A stretch of DNA of 8,182 nucleotides from an uncultured archaeon (GTDB lineage: Archaea > Asgardarchaeota > Thorarchaeia > Thorarchaeales > Thorarchaeaceae): the NCBI GenBank assembly GCA_964354495.1, contig CAYHAA010000039.1:1-8182 (forward strand). Reading direction: 5' to 3'. Shown in pieces: positions 1 to 6,293 of this stretch. Numbering within the stretch: position 1 is the first letter of the stretch; the number at the start of each line of letters is the position of its first letter. The position numbers and the translations under genes were made by a program. The notes below the pieces were generated by a model, which was given only the letters and a program-made list of their open reading frames with translations, was not told the DNA's origin and did no database searches.

Positions 1-936
1 CTGCAGATGTTTGTCGACCTAGAGTCTCTTCGACACTTCATGGCAGTCTATCTCGATAGAGGCACATGCGTCTTCTATCATCCCTTCACAGAGGAGAGGA
101 TTCAGCCGGACCTCATCAGTGGATTCATTGCAGCAATTACGAGTGTATATGGCGAGATCAAGGGGGATGGTGTCCGAGGCACGCTTGAAGAGATTCAGTA
201 CCACGGACTCAGACTGAATAGCTACAGCGGGGACAAGATCATTGGCATCCTCATTCTTGAGGGAGAGATGACTCCTCTCTTGAAGGACAGACTCCAGTTC
301 TTTGTCGAGCTGTTTGAGAATCAGTATGAGAGAGACCTTGAAGGCTGGTCAGGACTGATTGATTGTTTTGACCCTGAGTGGATCGTATCGACGTTGAATG
401 CAGCCTTCAACTACTCTTGGTTGCTCCCGCACAGATTCGGACCAACTCAGAAGGTATCAAAGACAAATGCCAGAATCCTGGACTACGTCGCAGCAGTACG
501 AGATAACAGATCGGAGTTCTACCTCAGGAAGCTCCTTTCTCCGCTCTCAGAAATGCTAAAGTTGTCGGAGGCACAGGTTCTCGACCGGCTTCTCACCCTT
601 CAGGACAAGGGTGCGATTGTACCAGTTGGCGTGCAGACGGTCCTTCAGCGCCAAGGGATGGGCCTATCGGACGGGCATGAAGGAGAAGAGGCGACATCAC
701 TGAAGCCGCCTCCAGAAAAAGAGATAGCCTGGGAGATTGAGGAAGAGGCTGAACCGGCCACTGTGAAAGAGCAGAAGGAGGAATTGGCACCTGCTGCGGC
801 AGAAACAGTGGAAGCGCCCGAACCGGAGCCCAAAGAGGAAACTGATTCCATGGAGGCTTTCGTTAGGGATGTGGAGTCACTCATGAGAAAAGAGAAGAAG
901 AAGGGCGAAGGCGACAAGAAGGATAAGGAAGAATAA
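1..936 (+). CDS. Longin-like domain + winged-helix + acidic tail protein (probably 5'-partial; Asgard-type)
   Basis: The frame is open from base 1 (CTG CAG ATG), so the true start may lie outside the window. Residues ~8-137 (numbered from ATG at 7) show longin-type motifs (QPDLISGFIAAI, LEEIQYHGLRL, FVELFENQY, WSGLIDCF). Residues ~152-207 resemble a winged helix (EAQVLDRLLTLQDKGAIVPV). An E/P/A-rich tail follows. Stop TAA at 934-936. Confidence 0.75.
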   Translation: MQMFVDLESLRHFMAVYLDRGTCVFYHPFTEERIQPDLISGFIAAITSVYGEIKGDGVRGTLEEIQYHGLRLNSYSGDKIIGILILEGEMTPLLKDRLQFFVELFENQYERDLEGWSGLIDCFDPEWIVSTLNAAFNYSWLLPHRFGPTQKVSKTNARILDYVAAVRDNRSEFYLRKLLSPLSEMLKLSEAQVLDRLLTLQDKGAIVPVGVQTVLQRQGMGLSDGHEGEEATSLKPPPEKEIAWEIEEEAEPATVKEQKEELAPAAAETVEAPEPEPKEETDSMEAFVRDVESLMRKEKKKGEGDKKDKEE

Positions 937-999
937 TCTTCAAACAACCCAAGAACACTTATGTACCCCCAAAAAACGAGTGAAGGTCGGTGCGATGCC

Positions 1000-1320
1000 A
1001 TGCCTTGGAACATTGACAACTACTACATCATTGATGGTCGCATACTCAGGGTTGAGATCTCAGTTCCACTCCTAGAGTTTCTCTACATAAGCATCAATGA
1101 CGTGAAGGAAGCATGGCTTGATATGTTGAAGCAGTTTGTTGCGGAACAGCCAGGTTTTGACATGTCTTGGGAGATGCAGCCAAAGCGGAATCAGGCAGTT
1201 GTTACAATTCAAATCGCCAAATCTGGAAAACTGCGTGCGTTCACAAAGGCAGAGAGAAAGGGAGCTCTGAAAGCTGTGGATGCCCTCTTTGATGATAAGA
1301 AGAGCACTACCTCGTTCTAG
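1000..1320 (+). CDS. Hypothetical small alpha/beta protein (106 aa; alternative start at 961 gives 119 aa)
   Basis: Fills the gap between ORF1 and the convergent LarA-like gene, with globular, protein-like composition. ATG at 1000 is preceded by GAAGGT (982-987) and an AT-rich TTATGTA at 959-965. No family recognised. Confidence 0.7.
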   Translation: MPWNIDNYYIIDGRILRVEISVPLLEFLYISINDVKEAWLDMLKQFVAEQPGFDMSWEMQPKRNQAVVTIQIAKSGKLRAFTKAERKGALKAVDALFDDKKSTTSF

Positions 1321-2572
1321 GTACAGGCAAGGTCCTGTTCCCTTGAGGAATCACTGCAACTCTTGGCGTAGATACGATTTGACTCCTTGCAAGCTCTAGC
1401 CCTTCCTGAGGATCTCTCACGGCCATACCGTGAAAACGTTCTGTGACTATTGATTCTCTTAGCCTGCTGCAGATGATGAGTCTTCTCGAGGCCAAGATAT
1501 TCCAGAAGAAGCGAGCCTTCTCCATGCCCGATTCATAGCCAGTTTCAGCTGTGATTTCAACCTCTGATGCAGACTTGCACTCTGAGACTCCCTTCAGGAA
1601 ACCAATGGGTCCAAGTCCATCGGCACACTCTGCAATGAGCAAGATGGCACCTCCATACTCAGTCGCCTCATGGGCAGCGCACAGACTGTCAACTGCAGCA
1701 TAGAGGGTGCTATCAAAGGGACCTCCGCCAGGGCTGACAATCGCGATGTCTGCTCTGTGCTGCATGGGAGTTTCCGTCAGAGCCCTTGCAACATTGACAC
1801 CTCGATTCCATGACTTATAGGGCTCGCCAGCAGTGATGGCTGCGATGTTGTTCTGCCGATCAGGTACTGCATTCAGAATGAAATCCAGATTCGCAATTCG
1901 TGATATCTCCTCCATATCCACACACGTTGCACTGTCTATCATGAAGGGACCTACTGGGTGTGTAGCCTGCAGTTTCGTGCTACGAGCAATGGTCTTGAGA
2001 CCGCATGCATGGGGCATTACAGACATTCGCCCCCCTGTTGAACCTATGAAGACATTACATCGTATGGTACCAAGGCCAATTCTGAAATCAGCCTCAACAA
2101 ATGCTCTGTTTACTGTAACAGGTGTAGAGTATGTTGCTGTATCACCCAAGTAACAGAGTGCTTCAGCCTCCTTTGCATCATGAAGAAGCAGATGATGGCC
2201 TCGGGCTGTCGGTTCCCCCAACATCAGATCAATATCACGAAGCTTAGCGTTGGTGCCTGCATCAGAGGAGAAGATGATGGCTACATTGCCAGGATCGGTC
2301 ATTGATGTTCCAAGAATACCTAGAAGAGTGTCGAGCAGTCTTCGATTCAACTCAATGTCCTGTTCACTGTTCACGACTACAGCAACAGTCTTCGCGTTCT
2401 TCATCATTTGCGAGAGTGACTCAGACTCAGGGGGGTCCTCAACAGCCCTATTGACCTCATGCATCAAGCCATGCTGCTCTATGATGGTTCTGGGGGTCAC
2501 TAATTCAGCTGCTAGTCTCTGAGGTATCTCAAGTGGCAGCGACCCTGCGCCATAGCGTAAGTCTATTCTCAC
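1307..2572 (-). CDS. LarA/DUF2088 (nickel-dependent lactate racemase family) homologue with degenerate active site
   Basis: Collinear with LarA over the full length: RIDLRYG N-terminus, VNRAFVEADFRIGLGTI, GSTGGRMSVMP, LDFILNAV, ADIAIVSPGGGPFD, GGAILLIAECADGLG, RVAVIPQG. I prefer GTG at 2572 (MRIDLRYG) because LarA proteins typically begin this way. The longest ORF starts at GTG 2608. Confidence 0.9.
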   Translation of the reverse strand: MRIDLRYGAGSLPLEIPQRLAAELVTPRTIIEQHGLMHEVNRAVEDPPESESLSQMMKNAKTVAVVVNSEQDIELNRRLLDTLLGILGTSMTDPGNVAIIFSSDAGTNAKLRDIDLMLGEPTARGHHLLLHDAKEAEALCYLGDTATYSTPVTVNRAFVEADFRIGLGTIRCNVFIGSTGGRMSVMPHACGLKTIARSTKLQATHPVGPFMIDSATCVDMEEISRIANLDFILNAVPDRQNNIAAITAGEPYKSWNRGVNVARALTETPMQHRADIAIVSPGGGPFDSTLYAAVDSLCAAHEATEYGGAILLIAECADGLGPIGFLKGVSECKSASEVEITAETGYESGMEKARFFWNILASRRLIICSRLRESIVTERFHGMAVRDPQEGLELARSQIVSTPRVAVIPQGNRTLPVPRTR

Positions 2573-2632
2573 TGACCGTGACCCAGAATCATGTTGCCGG
2601 TCGACCACTTAAAGTTAACAGGAAAAAAGGGA

Positions 2633-2647
2633 GATAATCTTCTTATC
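2633..2647. promoter_or_regulatory. Candidate operator: inverted repeat GATAA-N5-TTATC in the divergent intergenic region
   Basis: GATAA(2633-2637) TCTTC TTATC(2643-2647) sits between the divergent LarA-like and DedA genes. The arms are only 5 bp, so chance is possible. Confidence 0.3.
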
Positions 2648-2682
2648 GCACGAATGAAGACAGTGAGGGGGACAGAAAACCA

Positions 2683-3429
2683 ATGAGAAAGTCAGACATA
2701 CTGCTTCTAGCATCAGTGGCTGCACTCTTGGTCTATTTGCTGCTCTCCATTCTTGTCCCCGACCTAACGAGTCCAATTGTCATCATCTATGACTGGCTCC
2801 TTGATGTCTCATTGATGCTCGGCTATCTGGGCGACTTTCTCGTCTCGTTTCTCGGTAACGCCACAGTGCTCTTTCCATTTCCGTACATGGGCATCACCTT
2901 CATTCTCGGAGGGCTCGCCGATGAAGTCACAGATCAGTTTCTCTTCGACCCCTATCTCATAGGGCTCCTAGCAGGACTTGGTGCTGTGCTCGGCGAGATG
3001 ACAGGGTATCTCATCGGATACGGCGGAGGCCATCTCATAGACGCGAAACAGAGAACCGCCTTTGGCGAATATGTGAAGAGGCATCCAAGAGCAACACCGT
3101 TTGTCCTGTGGTTTCTTGCCGCCACTCCAATCCCAGACGATGTGCTCATCGTACCACTCGGAGCAGCGAGATATCCCTGGTGGAAGGTGATGATTCCCCA
3201 GTTCATTGGAAAGACTATGTTCATGACGGTTATTGCATGGTCTGGAAGATTCGGTCTTGGCCTCGTGGGCATGCTTATTGGGAGTACAGATCCCACGAAC
3301 ATTCTATCCAGAGTCATTGAGGTCGCAAGTGTGCTTCTGATTGTAATCGGAATATACGCGCTGGTTCGAATTGACTGGAGCACCCTGATTTCCAGCAGAG
3401 AAAACATTGGGGAGGCTCCAACCAAGTGA
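2683..3429 (+). CDS. DedA/VTT-domain (SNARE-associated, TVP38/TMEM64-like) membrane protein, paralogue A
   Basis: Hydrophobic 248-aa protein with VTT motifs: FLVSFLGNATVLFPFP, GLGAVLGEMTGYLIGYGG, FLAATPIPDD, LGAARYPWWK, FIGK. SD-like GTGAGGGGG at 2663-2671. Confidence 0.9.
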   Translation: MRKSDILLLASVAALLVYLLLSILVPDLTSPIVIIYDWLLDVSLMLGYLGDFLVSFLGNATVLFPFPYMGITFILGGLADEVTDQFLFDPYLIGLLAGLGAVLGEMTGYLIGYGGGHLIDAKQRTAFGEYVKRHPRATPFVLWFLAATPIPDDVLIVPLGAARYPWWKVMIPQFIGKTMFMTVIAWSGRFGLGLVGMLIGSTDPTNILSRVIEVASVLLIVIGIYALVRIDWSTLISSRENIGEAPTK

Positions 3430-4172
3430 AACGAGCTGATAAGGTGTTCATAGCACTGCTCGTATTGGTCTTGATCTATTGGATCCTCCTCATCACAAAT
3501 CCTGTCTCCGCAAGCCTGCTAGCAAGTCTGTTTGATTGGATTGCTGATGCCGCTATTGTCCTTGGATATCCGGGTGCATTCATTGCGTGCCTACTAGGAA
3601 GTGCCAGTGTGATTGTTGAAGTTCCCTTTGCGGGAGTACCATTCGTACTCGGAGGCTTAAGAAACGGAGTGTCGGGGCCGTTTGTTTTTGATCCGTGGAT
3701 TGTGGGTCTCCTCTGTGGGATTGGAGCCACAATCGGAGATATGGTAAGTTACGCATTGGGATATGCGGGGAGAAGACTCGTCGATGAAGAAAGTACGAGT
3801 GGCTTCAGCAAGTTCATCCAAGAGCACCCGAGAGCAACACCAGTCGCGGTGTTTGTTCTGGCAGCCACACCTGTTCCTCTTGACCCTGCAGTGGTGGCTC
3901 TAGGAGTGGCAAGATACGCTTGGTGGAAACTCTTCATACCCTGCGTGATTGGACAGATAGTATTCTTTACGGTGGTCTCTTGGAGCGGGAGATTCAGCTT
4001 GGACTGGATTCTGGGACTGCTGGGAGTTGGAGGTCCAGTCACACTAATCTCCGCGACAGTGGATGTGCTCGGAATCCTACTGTTGATTGTGACTGTGTTC
4101 TTGGTTGTACGCCTTGACTGGACTGCAATCATGGGGAACCGGAAAGAGAAAGAAACCTCCAACAGCGACTGA
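3426..4172 (+). CDS. DedA/VTT-domain membrane protein, paralogue B
   Basis: 248 aa and collinear with paralogue A (GIGATIGDMVSYALGYAG, HPRATP, LAATPVPLD, LGVARYAWWK, WSGRF, VRLDW). The GTG start overlaps A's stop (GTGA, 3426-3429). SD-like GGGGAGG at 3409-3415. Confidence 0.9.
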   Translation: MKRADKVFIALLVLVLIYWILLITNPVSASLLASLFDWIADAAIVLGYPGAFIACLLGSASVIVEVPFAGVPFVLGGLRNGVSGPFVFDPWIVGLLCGIGATIGDMVSYALGYAGRRLVDEESTSGFSKFIQEHPRATPVAVFVLAATPVPLDPAVVALGVARYAWWKLFIPCVIGQIVFFTVVSWSGRFSLDWILGLLGVGGPVTLISATVDVLGILLLIVTVFLVVRLDWTAIMGNRKEKETSNSD

Positions 4173-4173
4173 A

Positions 4174-5154
4174 CTAGTCATCAGTTGACTCTTTTGGTTG
4201 AAGTCCAGCGAAGAACTCACGTCCTGCTTTTGTGACAGAAACGATTCCGTCCCTCAACAGGTTGCCAATTGAAGTAAGGTTCACTCCAGTGGAACCAATC
4301 GGTGCCTTGAGCATGCCAATATCATTCATCTCCCCGAGAAGCTGGATGAACGCACCCAGTCTATGGAGCGCAAGAATGCCAACACATTTTGTGAATGCGC
4401 GCTTGATGCCTTCAAGGATTGCATCTTTGGGGTCCTCAAACTCAGCTAGTGCCTTTTCAATCTCCAGAAAGGTGCAGCACATAGTGATTGCGTTCTCATC
4501 AGGATTATCAAGGAAGTGACCCGGGGCCTCGAGGAGGAAGGGATCCTTGAAACGGTTGACAATCTTCAGTCGCACAGACTCGTCTGGAATGGACCACCAA
4601 GACTGCAGGTGCTGGTCAGAAAGGGGTCTCACCTCAAGACCTTTGTCACGAGATGACTCAGAAACTATTGCCGGCAGGAATGAATGCCATCCTGGAATCA
4701 TACGGAGGCCCATTTTGCCGCCTTGGGGGAGCTCAAAGTCGAGTCTCCTTGAGCAGTAGTGAACAAGATCATAGATTGTGTATTTCCGCCGTCTATCTAT
4801 GAAGACAAAAACGGGTTCATAATCGCCCTCATGGGCCGGAACAGCCTGATAGTCCCATACGTAGAGGTACTCAAGACAGACAAGGTCGGGAATGTCTGGT
4901 GTTTTCAGGACACGACCAAAGGCCCCGATGAACTGCGTCTCCTTCAGAGCTGCACGAGTACCTTCTGGGATGACTGCGCCAAGACTCTGAGCAAGTGCGC
5001 TGTCGCCATTCAACACGCCAGATGTCAGCGGAAGGTTCTTCTCCAAGAGATCTCTATCAAATGAAGCCATCAGTCCGCGGCTGTGTTCTTTGAAAGTCAT
5101 CTTATCTGGTTTCGGACTAATACGAAGCAGCTCGGAGTACTTTTTCTCCACCAT
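4174..5154 (-). CDS. Hypothetical protein with NPP1/Vps62-like HEGDYE motif and possible C-terminal winged-helix element
   Basis: 326-aa ORF with ATG at 5154 and SD-like GAGGA upstream. Motif order LEYLYVWDYQ - AHEGDYEPVFV - YDLVHY - PGWHSF resembles Vps62/NPP1-like domains. The CDS is secure; the family assignment is moderate. Confidence 0.8.
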   Translation of the reverse strand: MVEKKYSELLRISPKPDKMTFKEHSRGLMASFDRDLLEKNLPLTSGVLNGDSALAQSLGAVIPEGTRAALKETQFIGAFGRVLKTPDIPDLVCLEYLYVWDYQAVPAHEGDYEPVFVFIDRRRKYTIYDLVHYCSRRLDFELPQGGKMGLRMIPGWHSFLPAIVSESSRDKGLEVRPLSDQHLQSWWSIPDESVRLKIVNRFKDPFLLEAPGHFLDNPDENAITMCCTFLEIEKALAEFEDPKDAILEGIKRAFTKCVGILALHRLGAFIQLLGEMNDIGMLKAPIGSTGVNLTSIGNLLRDGIVSVTKAGREFFAGLQPKESTDD

Positions 5155-5330
5155 ACATCAGATCCTCTTTCCTTGGAACATACTGGACAGATTATAGAGA
5201 TTGTGACAGTGAATGAAACAGGAATTGGAGCAGTCTCATAAGTCACACTTCCACTTGAGGAGTCGATTCTCGTCTATTGGACCTTTCGAGTTGCGGAAGA
5301 TTCATCTAAAGAAACCGACTAGGAGGAAGT

Positions 5331-6293
5331 ATGCCAAGAGAGGGTATTCTTCGAACGCCTGATTCTCGATTTGAGAATCTTCCCGATTATGATTTTCAGG
5401 AGAATTACATGACTATCAACGGGCTTCGTATCCACTATGTAGATGAGGGCTCGAAAGTGGCACCTCCCATTCTCTTGATGCATGGAGAACCGTCATGGAG
5501 CTATCTTTACCGAAAGATGATTCCTCCCTTAGTGAAGGAGGGATTCCGCGTTATTGCCCCTGATTTGATGGGCTTTGGAAAGTCTGACAAACCTCTGCGC
5601 ATCAAGGACTATTCTCACACACGTCATGTAGATGTGATTCTCGAGTTTGTAAGAAAACTCAACCTTAGCGGTATCACCCTTTTCTGCCAAAATTGGGGCG
5701 GCCTTATCGGTCTACGAGTAGTTGGAGAAGACCCGAATAGATTCTCTAGGATTATAGCAGCCAATACCGGTCTTCCGAGTGCAAAAGGAATCAAATCCAT
5801 AATTGGGTATCCACTCTTCAAGCTACAAATAAGACGAATAGGAAAAGTGACGCAAGAGCAGTTCAAAGAAAATGTGAATCTCATGAGCTGGGTAGCATTT
5901 TCAAAAACAGTTCCAAGATTGCCAATCGGTGATATCATGCAGATGGCAACGGTGTCAAAGCTGTCGTCTGAAGTCATCAGAGCATATGAAGCTCCTTTTC
6001 CCGATGAGTCGTACAAAGCTGGTGCACGAATATTTCCATACCTAGTCCCATCTGAGTTGTCGAAGAACCGAAAGGTCTGGGATAATGTCCTGTCAAAGTG
6101 GAAGAAACCATTCCTTACAGCTTTCAGTGACCACGATCCAATTACCAAAGGGGGTGAGAAATACTTTCAGAAGATGATTCCTGGAGCAAAGGACCGAGAG
6201 CACATCATAATAAAAGGGGCAGGTCATTTTCTCCAAGAAGATAAGGGTGAGGAATTATCACAAATCATGTTGGAATTCATGCAACAGGACTAG
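5331..6293 (+). CDS. Haloalkane dehalogenase family alpha/beta hydrolase (HLD-I, DhlA/DhmA-like) with Asn at the nucleophile position
   Basis: LRTPDSRFENLPDY N-terminus, LLMHGEPSWSYLYRKMIP, APDLMGFGKSDKP, FCQNWGGLIG, ANTGLP, AYEAPFP, FSDHDPI, GAGHFLQEDKG. Strong SD AGGAGG at 5321-5326. Confidence 0.95.
   Translation: MPREGILRTPDSRFENLPDYDFQENYMTINGLRIHYVDEGSKVAPPILLMHGEPSWSYLYRKMIPPLVKEGFRVIAPDLMGFGKSDKPLRIKDYSHTRHVDVILEFVRKLNLSGITLFCQNWGGLIGLRVVGEDPNRFSRIIAANTGLPSAKGIKSIIGYPLFKLQIRRIGKVTQEQFKENVNLMSWVAFSKTVPRLPIGDIMQMATVSKLSSEVIRAYEAPFPDESYKAGARIFPYLVPSELSKNRKVWDNVLSKWKKPFLTAFSDHDPITKGGEKYFQKMIPGAKDREHIIIKGAGHFLQEDKGEELSQIMLEFMQQD

Noticed and set aside
645-1019. Minus-strand Ser-rich 124-aa ORF
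   Set aside because: It is the mirror image of the GAA/GAG-rich acidic tail of ORF1.
1307-2572. Calling the LarA-like gene a pseudogene or a functional larA
   Set aside because: The frame is intact and full length, so it is not a pseudogene on sequence evidence. The catalytic residues are absent, so the larA symbol is not justified.
3085-3842. Short near-identical DNA stretches such as GAGCAACACC in both DedA genes
   Set aside because: Explained by the paralogous HPRATP motif, not by a repeat element or CRISPR array.
1833-4162. Antisense or alternate-frame ORFs within the LarA-like and DedA genes
   Set aside because: They are fully nested in better-supported CDSs and have no independent evidence.
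4232-5064. Chain of three plus-strand ORFs (4232-4519, 4547-4759, 4759-5064)
   Set aside because: All are antisense to the 326-aa motif-bearing CDS, have no recognisable motifs, and are typical shadow ORFs.
5202-5247. TGTGAC / GTCACA inverted repeat in the 5155-5330 spacer
   Set aside because: Only 6-bp arms with a 34-nt gap, which is expected by chance.
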